In this document: in pieces, positions 28,542 to 37,538 of the stretch | How the letters are laid out: each line of letters starts with the position of its first letter | How positions within the stretch are numbered: the stretch's first letter is position 1 | Source of the DNA: a virus | Lineage: Duplodnaviria; Caudoviricetes | Virus record (IMG/VR): IMGVR_UViG_3300046007_011961 | Location: 1-57,255 of that record | DNA length: 57,255 bases | Strand: one strand, 5' to 3' | Position numbers and translations under genes: made by a program | Notes under the pieces: generated by a model | The model's input: only the letters and a program-made list of their open reading frames with translations | The model's database searches: none | What the model was told of the DNA's origin: nothing

Positions 28542-28934
28542 TTATTCTTCCCAACAAAACACCACATTGTCGAACTCACCAAGAGAGTCTATTAGATTAT
28601 GTTTAATGATTAGCTGCCAGATATAGTACCTGTTAGCCGCACCAGAACCTATCTTACTGATATAGAACTTTTGATGCGGCGCATTTTTAATTATCCCATG
28701 CAATTGATCTAGCTGCTCAAAGAACGGCTTAACGTACTCATCAGGCTTATAACAATCTGCTTTTACAGACGGATGTCTTTTGGTGATGAAGCCTATTGCT
28801 CTAGGATGGTTGCGTAACGCAGCCGCTCCGTCCGTACCTTGCCTGCTCTCATTATCTCCATAGACAAAATAAGTCTCAGGTGACTGATTTAACAGCTCTT
28901 CGGTTACTTTTATTTTTTGGTATGATGCAGGCAT
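28542..28934 (-). CDS. phage protein, possibly macro-domain-like
   Basis: FVYGDN..G..GAA..G..TK and IGSG.A. Confidence 0.55.
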   Translation of the reverse strand: MPASYQKIKVTEELLNQSPETYFVYGDNESRQGTDGAAALRNHPRAIGFITKRHPSVKADCYKPDEYVKPFFEQLDQLHGIIKNAPHQKFYISKIGSGAANRYYIWQLIIKHNLIDSLGEFDNVVFCWEE

Positions 28935-28939
28935 AGGTA

Positions 28940-29176
28940 TTATTTAGAGTAGTAGTTCAAGCGTTCAATTTCTCGAAGCAGACACCACACAGCTTTACTA
29001 TAGTCTTTCTCTGCAGACTCGCCAGGCTTTCTTCCTGCCCGATAGATGTATTGAATCGCTTGGGCTACGTTTCCAGGGAAATGTTCGCTGATTGCGATGC
29101 AGGATATTCCTGTAGGATGCCAGTTGTAATAGTCCGGCTGATTAATTGTGCTGTCAAATTGTTTAGGGTCGACCAT
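28940..29176 (-). CDS. DUF3310-like protein
   Basis: INQPDYY..YI.RAG.K..D..KA.W.L. Confidence 0.75.
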   Translation of the reverse strand: MVDPKQFDSTINQPDYYNWHPTGISCIAISEHFPGNVAQAIQYIYRAGRKPGESAEKDYSKAVWCLLREIERLNYYSK

Positions 29177-29179
29177 AAT

Positions 29180-29371
29180 TTATTTTTCTTGTAGTAGTTG
29201 CAGGTACTCTACTCTTCCGTAGGTATCACCTGTATCGATTATACGTTTAACCAAAGCCAAAGCCTCTGTCACTCTTTTTTCAGTCAAATGCAGTTCTTTT
29301 TTAGTGTTGATCAGCTCTGTCTGTAGCGACTCTATATGCTGCCACAATTCTTTCGGTGTACTATCCATCAT
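29180..29371 (-). CDS. small coiled-coil protein
   Basis: ORF packing. Confidence 0.5.
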   Translation of the reverse strand: MMDSTPKELWQHIESLQTELINTKKELHLTEKRVTEALALVKRIIDTGDTYGRVEYLQLLQEK

Positions 29372-29669
29372 AATGATTTATCAAGCTATCCATCAGTAAT
29401 CTTATATCAATAGTGCTTACAGGCTTACCTGTTTTAGTTGGATGCTTTATCCATGTCATATAGCATTTGTGTATGCTTCGACTTCTACCGTAGCACGTCA
29501 TGGTCATCTCTACACTTACCTCCACGCCAAACATATCTCTATAAGTGTGTTGTTTAGATGGTTTAAACAGCTCTCGCTGGTCTTTGACGTTTACGTAAAT
29601 GCTTCTATACTTACGAGAACGTAGTACATAGGAGCATGCCTTGTACAATCGTACATGTTCTTCTATCAT
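29361..29669 (-). CDS. hypothetical protein
   Basis: ORF packing. Confidence 0.5.
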   Translation of the reverse strand: MIEEHVRLYKACSYVLRSRKYRSIYVNVKDQRELFKPSKQHTYRDMFGVEVSVEMTMTCYGRSRSIHKCYMTWIKHPTKTGKPVSTIDIRLLMDSLINHYDG

Positions 29670-29682
29670 GTTTTTAGCTAAG

Positions 29683-30351
29683 TTAAACTACGAACTGGTT
29701 AAATGCGTTTTGCATCAATCCTAAGTAGTTTTGATAGTTGTTACAAATATCTGAATGGCTTGGTCTTTGAAAACTAAGCAGCTCATTTGTTACAAAACAG
29801 TTGTTGCGTGAGAGATAATCCTTTGCCATGTAAATATCGATTGCTCCATATTTAGCCATAAGACTATCGCTCCAATGCTGATCTGTATCGAAGCCGTACA
29901 TCAAAGCCTGTAATCCTTTTCTTGAGTAGGCTATAGTATGCATAGCAAATGCACTCCTCAACTTCAGAAGGTCTGCAGAGTATCTCTCTATAGGTTGCGA
30001 ATAAAACTCGTTTGTAAGTGTGGCTCCTAGATACAGCGCATCCCAGTCTTCAGGTAATTGCGATAAAGCCGCTTCGAGTTTCCTGTTTGTATATTCACTT
30101 CCTTTAGGGAAGTATACGTCATCCTCACATATTAATGCTGTATTGCATCCGTCTGCCAAAGCTTTTTCTACCGCATTACATATTGCTTTAGCACAGCCTA
30201 GTCTGCCGGATGAGGCTAGTACACCAGGTATACGCTCATATTTAGCTACACCCAACGCCTCAAATTCTTGAGTTGCTTCCTGCCAACGGTCAGGTCTAGA
30301 AGCTAGATTAACGCAGTACACATTATCGAAAAAGTTAAATGTACTTGTCAT
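29683..30351 (-). CDS. glycosyltransferase family 25-like
   Basis: YCVNL..RPDRW, GC, EDD, WD.LYLG; ATG 30351. Confidence 0.85.
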   Translation of the reverse strand: MTSTFNFFDNVYCVNLASRPDRWQEATQEFEALGVAKYERIPGVLASSGRLGCAKAICNAVEKALADGCNTALICEDDVYFPKGSEYTNRKLEAALSQLPEDWDALYLGATLTNEFYSQPIERYSADLLKLRSAFAMHTIAYSRKGLQALMYGFDTDQHWSDSLMAKYGAIDIYMAKDYLSRNNCFVTNELLSFQRPSHSDICNNYQNYLGLMQNAFNQFVV

Positions 30352-31181
30352 ATTATTATACCATCTTCTAAGTAAATATCTTGCCAATTTTGTGGACCGC
30401 TTGGCCCGAACCATGTAGCTGGAAAAATTATTTGTTTTCCTGGATGGCTAGATAGGAAGGCTGACCACCAGCCAAATGTAGAATTTGTGCATATAAAATT
30501 AGAGCATAAGGAGGCTAACCATAACTGCTTCCAGTCAGCACAAACAGCGTTGGTAATTTTATCTTTTGGTAGATATTTCCCTAATGTCTCAGTGCACCAA
30601 GCATAGTCGTCTGAAACTATCAAATAATGTTTAGGGTTAGTAGCAGCATTTATCTCGAGTGCACGCTTCAAATACTCTTCAGTTGTTGGTGGATGTATTT
30701 CTGGATACTTTAGGTAATCACCTCTACGCACAAATACCGCTGTTGTATTTTCTACTAGCTGAGGAAATTCTTCTAATAAACTTGTTTTTATTTCTTCAGG
30801 AGCAGCAAACAAATCAACCACATCTTGACGATATGCCTTGAAATATTTTTCGCTTTGAAAATATCCGTTAAATTTTACAGACGTTACCCAGGTAGGGTTG
30901 ATTTCTTTATAATGAAATCCCTCCTCATGTATTTGTTGCCAATCATGTGCACCAGATTCTGGTACTGTGAAAGGATTAAAATCTACATTACGCAATATGT
31001 TTGATTTGTAATTTGCAGCCTGCCGTTCAGGGAATTTTTCTAGCCAAGCCACATGCATGTCGAACCTGGGTATGACATCAACCCCATTTTTTTTAGCATT
31101 CAATGCTTGGGCGTATGCATGAGCTATTTGGAACATCTGGTTCCCTAATCCTCCCATTAGTTTTGCTGAACTGTATAGCAT
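30348..31181 (-). CDS. GT11 alpha-1,2-fucosyltransferase-like
   Basis: GGLGNQMFQ, GYFQSEKYF, VRRGDY, NSTFGWW. Confidence 0.92.
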   Translation of the reverse strand: MLYSSAKLMGGLGNQMFQIAHAYAQALNAKKNGVDVIPRFDMHVAWLEKFPERQAANYKSNILRNVDFNPFTVPESGAHDWQQIHEEGFHYKEINPTWVTSVKFNGYFQSEKYFKAYRQDVVDLFAAPEEIKTSLLEEFPQLVENTTAVFVRRGDYLKYPEIHPPTTEEYLKRALEINAATNPKHYLIVSDDYAWCTETLGKYLPKDKITNAVCADWKQLWLASLCSNFICTNSTFGWWSAFLSSHPGKQIIFPATWFGPSGPQNWQDIYLEDGIII

Positions 31182-31185
31182 AAGA

Positions 31186-31410
31186 TTAAACGCCGTCTAT
31201 GTATTCATCTACAGCATCACTTGCTGCGCTATACTCTGCTGTATGTGCGGATACAGGGAATACACCTGAAGCCCAGAAAACTTCACGGTCTTCTTCACCA
31301 TAATCCATCACAATGAATTTACCCTCAGGTATTGCTACATTGTAAGATTTCACACGGTCTGCCCAATACACGCAGTTTACTTTTTTATTTTTTGTTTTTT
31401 TATTATTCAT
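31186..31410 (-). CDS. hypothetical protein
   Basis: ORF packing. Confidence 0.5.
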   Translation of the reverse strand: MNNKKTKNKKVNCVYWADRVKSYNVAIPEGKFIVMDYGEEDREVFWASGVFPVSAHTAEYSAASDAVDEYIDGV

Positions 31411-31412
31411 CG

Positions 31413-31637
31413 TTACGGTCTATTAGCCTCCATGATTATTTCGTTAGCGTAATACACACTCAGTATCATATTACCTTTTTTATCTGGGTGCTCGAACTCA
31501 TATAGTGGAGTAATAGGGTTCCCTAGCTCATCTGTACCATATACTTCGACACATCTACCTAAACCAAAATATGAGCCTTCCGGCTCATCTTTATCTGTAT
31601 AGTCGATATAGTAAAATTTTCCTTTTTGAGGAATCAT
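31413..31637 (-). CDS. hypothetical protein
   Basis: ORF packing. Confidence 0.5.
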   Translation of the reverse strand: MIPQKGKFYYIDYTDKDEPEGSYFGLGRCVEVYGTDELGNPITPLYEFEHPDKKGNMILSVYYANEIIMEANRP

Positions 31638-31644
31638 ATGAAAG

Positions 31645-31731
31645 TGGTGGGTAGTGTGGGGATCGAGCCCACCGAGCCATTACAGCGCCAGATTTACAGT
31701 CTGGACCGTCTCCTTAACGGTATAACTACCC
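31645..31731 (-). tRNA. tRNA-Tyr(GUA), CCA encoded
   Basis: Acceptor GGGTAGT/ACTACCC-A-CCA, anticodon arm CCAGA-CT GTA AA-TCTGG; T loop CTCGATC has C at position 54. Confidence 0.88.
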
Positions 31732-31737
31732 AGGTAA

Positions 31738-32352
31738 TTAAACTTGTATGTATGTATGTAGATCAAACATGTATAGTTGGTCTTGCGTGGTTCTATAGAC
31801 CGTACATGCCTTATTGTATGCTGCCATAACTACGGAACCTCCAGAATGTTGGCACACGAATTTTTTTGCAGATGTGATGATATCTACCCATTCAAAGATA
31901 TCAGATGACTGTATACTGTCTGCGTTGGGTGGAGCAACACAATTTACATATAAAGCTTCAGGATATTTGGAGATAATCGATGCCGCAGCTTCTGAGCTAT
32001 TGGCTGAATGCGCGTTGAAGTCCACGACAACTTCAGTGTGCAGTTTCTCTATTTTTTTAGGGGTATAGTAAAGCTTGGGTTGTGTGTTAATAACTCTCCC
32101 AAATAGTTGCTGTTCCCACTGTTGTATAATGTTCCCAGCGTGGCCATTCATATATGTTGTGTTACCTACAGCATCCACGAAACCTTTTACGTAAGGATTA
32201 CAATCCCATACAAGCTTCTTTACATCAGGATGTCTATATGTGTTGTAGTTTGACACATATACATCTATACCCAGTGCGTGCGCTACTTCAGGTATTGTGC
32301 TGAGCTGTAAATTATCTCCTAACCCTCCCCATGACTGCGATATAACGATCAT
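31738..32352 (-). CDS. putative glycosyltransferase (GT-B-like)
   Basis: N-terminal GGLGDNL and C-terminal F...SG motif. Confidence 0.55.
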   Translation of the reverse strand: MIVISQSWGGLGDNLQLSTIPEVAHALGIDVYVSNYNTYRHPDVKKLVWDCNPYVKGFVDAVGNTTYMNGHAGNIIQQWEQQLFGRVINTQPKLYYTPKKIEKLHTEVVVDFNAHSANSSEAAASIISKYPEALYVNCVAPPNADSIQSSDIFEWVDIITSAKKFVCQHSGGSVVMAAYNKACTVYRTTQDQLYMFDLHTYIQV

Positions 32353-32978
32353 ACAGCTTTAAATAACCCTGTAAGTATGTTGGAAGTTTGCCCGTCACCT
32401 TTTCTAATGGTGTCTTCCATGTTCGATAATGCTACGACTTTATAATTTAGCTCAGTCATGAAATTGACCAAAGACTGCCTATTAAAATGCCATAGATGTT
32501 CATCAGGCCTTCTATGTTTCCATACATAAAACCAATCATCCGACAAATAATGACATTCAGGTACCGATATATAGATGTACTTGGTGTTTAATTTTTTTAT
32601 TTCGTAGATGTCGTCGAAATGTTCCAACACATCAAAAAAACAAACTACATCGTATTGAAAGTTGTATATGGCTGACACTTCTGTGCAGCCTTTAGGTATA
32701 GGGTAATCGTTTACCTCAAATCCATAGCAGTTGGGTATTACTTTTGCTGCAGCATCTAAGAAATCTCCGTTACCGTAACCCACATCCAGTATAGATGTAA
32801 TGGTGCTATCACATGAACCTAACAAATAACCTAGACGCAGATACGACATGTACTCTGATAACTTGCCATAAGCGTTATACCTTTTGTCTATATACTCTAC
32901 ATCGTATTTCTGCTTTGCATCAAAGATTTTTTCTTGTTTGATGAGTCCATTGTTTAATTTTGTGTAATTGTTTAACAT
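32349..32978 (-). CDS. class I SAM-dependent methyltransferase
   Basis: ILDVGYGNG, FFDVLEH, ISVP, EHLWHF. Confidence 0.85.
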   Translation of the reverse strand: MLNNYTKLNNGLIKQEKIFDAKQKYDVEYIDKRYNAYGKLSEYMSYLRLGYLLGSCDSTITSILDVGYGNGDFLDAAAKVIPNCYGFEVNDYPIPKGCTEVSAIYNFQYDVVCFFDVLEHFDDIYEIKKLNTKYIYISVPECHYLSDDWFYVWKHRRPDEHLWHFNRQSLVNFMTELNYKVVALSNMEDTIRKGDGQTSNILTGLFKAV

Positions 32979-33017
32979 GTACGTAAATTAGTGGCGGGAT
33001 TTGATATGTTGTGCGTA

Positions 33018-33263
33018 TTACGTATGCATTTTATTGTTACGACGCACACCTACCCATGTACCTATAAACGATCCTAGGCATGAAGGAATTAGCAGCCAGT
33101 GGTTTTGAATATACCCTATAGCTGCAAGGCTCGCAACCAAATTTATCATAGCTGACCAGCAGCCAGCAAGTAATGGTTTATCTTCTTGTGTAGCTTTGAT
33201 GTAATAGGAGTAGAATACGTTCATCACAAACACAGCTAAAAATGTTAGTATCCAGGAAATCAT
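33018..33263 (-). CDS. small three-TM membrane protein
   Basis: Three hydrophobic segments, GSFIGT. Confidence 0.65.
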   Translation of the reverse strand: MISWILTFLAVFVMNVFYSYYIKATQEDKPLLAGCWSAMINLVASLAAIGYIQNHWLLIPSCLGSFIGTWVGVRRNNKMHT

Positions 33264-33269
33264 AGTGCA

Positions 33270-33992
33270 CTATATATTAATAGCTTCTTCAAACGATACG
33301 TACGCCCTATTAAGCGTGTCTTGACTGTGCCCTCCATTTGGTCCCGGACCATATGTAGGCGACTTGTATAGAAGCGTTAAATCGTTTGCGTCTGCGTATA
33401 ATGCTTCAGAAAGATTTAACATATTGTTACGGATAAAAAAGCAGTTTGTGCCGGACGAGTCACAACACACCAATGTGTAGCCGTACATGGCTGTAAGCTT
33501 CTTCCATACCAACAAAGACGCTCCAAAATAATTACTATGCCCGTCCCAGCCTCCAGTGCGAGTGTACTTCACTACCTTATCTTCGTGAGGTAGATGTGTG
33601 CCATTATACTCGAATATCAAAATATCACACGTATAGTGTTTCAATATCTCCTTAACGCAATAAAAATCATTGTAGTCTATATCTACAGACAGCAGATGAA
33701 TATGGTCTGGTACGTTATACTTTTGAAATAGTTGTACAGCATTTTCTTTAGTGACAAGCTCTCTTTTAAGATTTATATTGGCGTCTTCATGGCTACCGTC
33801 CATCATAAGCCCTGTCCAACTATACTGTTCTCTAAGAACTCTGGTATTGCATTCCGTACCACTCTCTACGCCAAATTCTACATAATATTTATTATGGGGA
33901 TCTGTGTACAGGCTTTCAATTATCTTAATTGTTATCCCGTCTTCTCCGTGTTGCGAAAATAGCTTATGTTCGTAGTTATTCAATATACCCAT
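33270..33992 (-). CDS. FkbM-like methyltransferase
   Basis: FSQHGEDG, YVEFG, LLSVDID, G.N.FF; ATG 33992 avoids the tRNA. Confidence 0.75.
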   Translation of the reverse strand: MGILNNYEHKLFSQHGEDGITIKIIESLYTDPHNKYYVEFGVESGTECNTRVLREQYSWTGLMMDGSHEDANINLKRELVTKENAVQLFQKYNVPDHIHLLSVDIDYNDFYCVKEILKHYTCDILIFEYNGTHLPHEDKVVKYTRTGGWDGHSNYFGASLLVWKKLTAMYGYTLVCCDSSGTNCFFIRNNMLNLSEALYADANDLTLLYKSPTYGPGPNGGHSQDTLNRAYVSFEEAINI

Positions 33993-34013
33993 ATGCTTAA
34001 CGTCTAAAAAAAT

Positions 34014-34104
34014 TGGAGCCTTGTGTGGGATTCGAACCCACAAAGAAGTTTCCTTCATACTCGATTACAAATCGAGGCCCTTAGCCAATTCGGGTCAACA
34101 AGGC
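34014..34104 (-). tRNA. tRNA-Thr(UGU) with long variable arm, CCA encoded
   Basis: Acceptor GCCTTGT/ACAAGGC-T-CCA, anticodon arm CTCGA-TT TGT AA-TCGAG, 18-nt variable region with GAAG-GAAA-CTTC, T arm GTGGG-TTCGAAT-CCCAC. Confidence 0.85.
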
Positions 34105-34111
34105 GTTAAAA

Positions 34112-34666
34112 TTAATCTACTCCATCGTGAGTACAAGAATCAATAAGTTTTTGACGTTTTCTTATACCTAGAGTTGTCCTACCTCTACCTCTGTTTCTAC
34201 CTTTGTAAAATCTTGACTGACTGTCGCAGTTAGGACAAAGTAATCTAAAATTATCTATATTATTATTTGAGGCATCTCCGTCAATATGATCCAAAGCTAA
34301 AATTAACTTTTGCCCCAACCATGAGTGTATTCCACAAACAGAGCAAATTTCCTTAAGCCCTAGAGCTAGCAACGCTTTTTTAATTGCAGGTCTCAAGACC
34401 AGTTTGCCTGCCTGCAGTAGCTCTATGTTTTTGGTTACAGCTTTTTTTGCAGCTTCAGCAGAACTGCATTTGTTTGAACAATATCTACCGAAGCTCGAAC
34501 CTTTTTTAAACCACATGTCGACACCGCACCATCCGCAAGTAGTCTTGTTCTTTTTTTCTCGTAGTGTATTGTTCTTTTTTGCTGCACAACTCTGCGAGCA
34601 AAACAACCTTTTACTACTTTTTGACTTAAACTCTGTGTGACATGTATCACAAAAGGTATGGAACAT
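34112..34666 (-). CDS. HNH endonuclease with N-terminal Zn-finger repeats
   Basis: C..C..FCS..C twice; CSVC, LDHIDGD..NN..N..LCPNC. Confidence 0.85.
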   Translation of the reverse strand: MFHTFCDTCHTEFKSKSSKRLFCSQSCAAKKNNTLREKKNKTTCGWCGVDMWFKKGSSFGRYCSNKCSSAEAAKKAVTKNIELLQAGKLVLRPAIKKALLALGLKEICSVCGIHSWLGQKLILALDHIDGDASNNNIDNFRLLCPNCDSQSRFYKGRNRGRGRTTLGIRKRQKLIDSCTHDGVD

Positions 34667-34718
34667 ACTGATTAAATAAGTAGAAGATATCTGGCTGCTA
34701 AGTATGTTCCGGTTGACA

Positions 34719-34748
34719 TAGGGCACTAGTTATTATGCTAGTGCCCTA
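34719..34748. repeat. perfect 11-bp inverted repeat
   Basis: tagggcactag-ttattatg-ctagtgcccta. Confidence 0.8.
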
Positions 34749-34768
34749 GTCATACCAGCTATAACGTA

Positions 34769-35035
34769 TTATAGTAGGCCCTGGTCTTTCATCTCTTTGT
34801 ACTGCTTACGTGCCAGCACCAATCCCTCAGGCGTATATTTATATACTCCCGGAGTATCGGTCCTTTCGACGAACCCTTCAAGCTCAAGATAGCGCATAGC
34901 TTTCTTTGCTAGCAGGTCTACCGCAGCCAACATTTTTTGGACCTCCAGAGCTTCTTCATTCTGGGAATCCTCCTCTTCAGACCAGCGGTCGTGTTCATCA
35001 TCGTCTAACATATTTGAATTATTTCTAAAACTCAC
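34769..35035 (-). CDS. small winged-helix-like protein
   Basis: LELEGFVE..YKYTPEG motif. Confidence 0.5.
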   Translation of the reverse strand: MSFRNNSNMLDDDEHDRWSEEEDSQNEEALEVQKMLAAVDLLAKKAMRYLELEGFVERTDTPGVYKYTPEGLVLARKQYKEMKDQGLL

Positions 35036-35049
35036 AATGAAGTAAAGAA

Positions 35050-35643
35050 CTATTGTAAGTTAAACACGCCATAGTAAGCAACACCATGACAGCCGCCTTC
35101 GGCCAAACTTACCAAGTTACCTGAATAGCCGTACGCCGTCATTGATGGCGATGTACCATTTATCCAACTATCCAGATTTTCTTTGGTCAGCATGTGTGGA
35201 TGTCCGTCATGTGCAGGTATATTCACCCACTCAAAAATCCTTAACACTTTAGAAGCTTTCTTCGCGTTGTCAATGATTTTTGCCGGATCTATAGTGTGCT
35301 GTAGGCAATTATAAATCCAGGTTTCATCCCACCCCTCTTCGTCTGCATCTTCACCTGGGTAGATGCCTACGTCTATTTTTTTGGATGCATAGCGGTCAAT
35401 AGTCCACTGCGGATAGCTGATAGGGTCTATCACCTTTCCTTTTTTTAAGTTTTTACACTTAAGCAGCATAGAGGTAGGACCGCCTCCGATATCTAGTACA
35501 CTGGAATTGTTAAGGATGAAGGACCAGCCTTGCGGCTTAAGTCCCATATATTTTGCATATATGTAATGTTTTCTATCTTCCTCGTATGTATTACAACAAT
35601 CCCCCCAATAGTTTTTTTCGAAATCGTAATCTTCTGTAGTCAT
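35050..35643 (-). CDS. class I SAM-dependent methyltransferase
   Basis: VLDIGGGP, IDP, YNCLQH. Confidence 0.75.
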   Translation of the reverse strand: MTTEDYDFEKNYWGDCCNTYEEDRKHYIYAKYMGLKPQGWSFILNNSSVLDIGGGPTSMLLKCKNLKKGKVIDPISYPQWTIDRYASKKIDVGIYPGEDADEEGWDETWIYNCLQHTIDPAKIIDNAKKASKVLRIFEWVNIPAHDGHPHMLTKENLDSWINGTSPSMTAYGYSGNLVSLAEGGCHGVAYYGVFNLQ

Positions 35644-35648
35644 ATTAA

Positions 35649-35999
35649 TTACTTAGAAACTGCGTTACGGCTTTTACGGGTATCCCATGCTTTATATGCA
35701 GCTAGTGAGCGGCTAGCTTTGCACATCCTCTTTTTTTGCTTAGTTTTAACCGCTTTACAGGCCGCAGACTTACGTACTGCTTTAATTGCAGCATTCTTAC
35801 GTCTAGTTACCCAAGCCTTGCGAGCAGCTTCAGATTGATTCCTTTTGCAGGCAATCGCTACTGGTTTTGTTTTGACCTGTGCTGTGTTTGCTAAACTGTA
35901 ATATGTTTCTCCATTAATCAGCTTTTTAGCCAAAACAATACCTGCTTTAACCATGTTGTTGAGTACTTGTACGATTTCTTTTTCGAATGATTTCTTCAT
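35649..35999 (-). CDS. basic protein with two AAxKAWxTR repeats
   Basis: AARKAWVTRR and AAYKAWDTRK. Confidence 0.6.
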   Translation of the reverse strand: MKKSFEKEIVQVLNNMVKAGIVLAKKLINGETYYSLANTAQVKTKPVAIACKRNQSEAARKAWVTRRKNAAIKAVRKSAACKAVKTKQKKRMCKASRSLAAYKAWDTRKSRNAVSK

Positions 36000-36021
36000 A
36001 ATATTATTATTTTTTTTATTT

Positions 36022-36768
36022 TTACTGCTCTAACACTTGACTCCAGTACCGACTGTCTGGATATCCTTGCTTTACGTCCCAATATATGCATCTAGCAACG
36101 TATGGTGGAATTCTCCACATCGTGCACATGTCCACCCAATGCTTTTCAATTTTTTCATATTGTTTGGCATCTTTTACCTGATCCAGACCATAAGCCTGAA
36201 ACATGTGAGTGTCTAAACATGTGAGTTTTGCCTGGGTAGGATAGCACATTTCTATCGCAAAACTCGTCTTTGCTGGTCCTAAGCCTAACGTTACGCGCTT
36301 CAGTCTATTTCTAAATTCAACCCAGGATTCTCCATCGACTTTTTTATATGCTTCAGGATTTTCCCAGAACTTATGCGTGAACTCTGATATAAACTTGACT
36401 CGTACGTTATGCATACCTACTCTGCTGCCTTGTATGGCTTCTAGTAGGTCGTCCCATTTATTAATCCAACGCCACCAATTTTTGATTGCTTGATATCCTA
36501 CGATATTAGATTTCCAGGAGGTATGTACGCTCATAAAAGCGAACAACCATCGCCGAAGTATCTCGCTATCATTCTTTGGGGTTATACTGTCCCAATAATC
36601 CAAATAAGCTGGTACTACAGAGTAGTCCATCTCATTGAAGAATTTCTCTACTGTCGAATATCTCCAAGCATCAGGTTGCTTAGAGTCTAGATCCCACAGT
36701 TCTAGTTGACTTTTAAATTTAGTTACAGGAGAGCCATCATAACCTGTAATAAAATTAAGTTGCAACAT
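36022..36768 (-). CDS. HhH-GPD/Ogg-like DNA glycosylase
   Basis: HhH GLGPAKTSF followed by LDTHM. Confidence 0.6.
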   Translation of the reverse strand: MLQLNFITGYDGSPVTKFKSQLELWDLDSKQPDAWRYSTVEKFFNEMDYSVVPAYLDYWDSITPKNDSEILRRWLFAFMSVHTSWKSNIVGYQAIKNWWRWINKWDDLLEAIQGSRVGMHNVRVKFISEFTHKFWENPEAYKKVDGESWVEFRNRLKRVTLGLGPAKTSFAIEMCYPTQAKLTCLDTHMFQAYGLDQVKDAKQYEKIEKHWVDMCTMWRIPPYVARCIYWDVKQGYPDSRYWSQVLEQ

Positions 36769-37282
36769 TTTTACCTGTCTTTAATAGGTTCTGATTCTTC
36801 CTTCGTAGGAATTCTGCAATCAGTAACCCGTCTGCATCTTTTTTGATGTTTAGCTGCGGAAACAACCTTCTACCTATATCTAGACTGGCTTTTTTGAGCT
36901 CGTCGCTACCTTTGATACCTGTGGGTAATAAGTGTTTTTGCCACTCTTTACTATCAATGTACTCATAACGGAACTGATGCTGCTCCACAGCAATCAGCGT
37001 GGCCTCAAGTGCCCTTACAGCAGACAACGAAGCATTGAATCTGGTACTGTTTACCATAGGTCGCTCTAATCCTACTATAAACTGAGTGCCCTGGTATAGC
37101 GCTCGCAGCTTTTCAAACAATTCACACAAATCATTGAAGTTTATCCTGGTTATGTGTTTTGCTTCTTTGGTGTAGCTTAACTCTTTTTTAACAGGTAGAG
37201 GGTATAGGCTAGCAACACCCTCACTGTTCACCACACCTATACCATTATTGGTTACTCCGTTATCTATTCCTATGTATATCAT
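36755..37282 (-). CDS. RuvC-like Holliday junction resolvase
   Basis: YIGIDNG, LERP, W.K, DADGLLIA. Confidence 0.8.
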   Translation of the reverse strand: MIYIGIDNGVTNNGIGVVNSEGVASLYPLPVKKELSYTKEAKHITRINFNDLCELFEKLRALYQGTQFIVGLERPMVNSTRFNASLSAVRALEATLIAVEQHQFRYEYIDSKEWQKHLLPTGIKGSDELKKASLDIGRRLFPQLNIKKDADGLLIAEFLRRKNQNLLKTGKNVAT

Positions 37283-37293
37283 AATTTATGTGT

Positions 37294-37324
37294 GCCTAGG
37301 TACAGGATCGGACCATACCTAGGC
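37294..37324. repeat. intergenic inverted repeat
   Basis: gcctaggta-N13-tacctaggc. Confidence 0.6.
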
Positions 37325-37332
37325 CTGTTAGG

Positions 37333-37521
37333 CTAGACAATGCTATTAAGCAGCTCCATTACTTTTTCGTAATTTTTGTGCTTGGCATTTCTTAATGTTA
37401 GGTTGTTTTTTAACCATCTTGCATCGTCGTTATGCTTGACTGTTTTCCGATAAGCTGGAAGATCCATCTTTGCGATGAGTTTCTCAACTTCCGCTAATTT
37501 TTGTAAGTAATCACTAGACAT
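37333..37521 (-). CDS. hypothetical protein
   Basis: 62-aa ORF. Confidence 0.55.
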   Translation of the reverse strand: MSSDYLQKLAEVEKLIAKMDLPAYRKTVKHNDDARWLKNNLTLRNAKHKNYEKVMELLNSIV

Positions 37522-37538
37522 ACTGAGACAAGCTTTAA

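Noticed and set aside
33993-34058. N-terminus of ORF 33270-34058
   Set aside because: It runs through the tRNA gene; ATG 33992 is preferred
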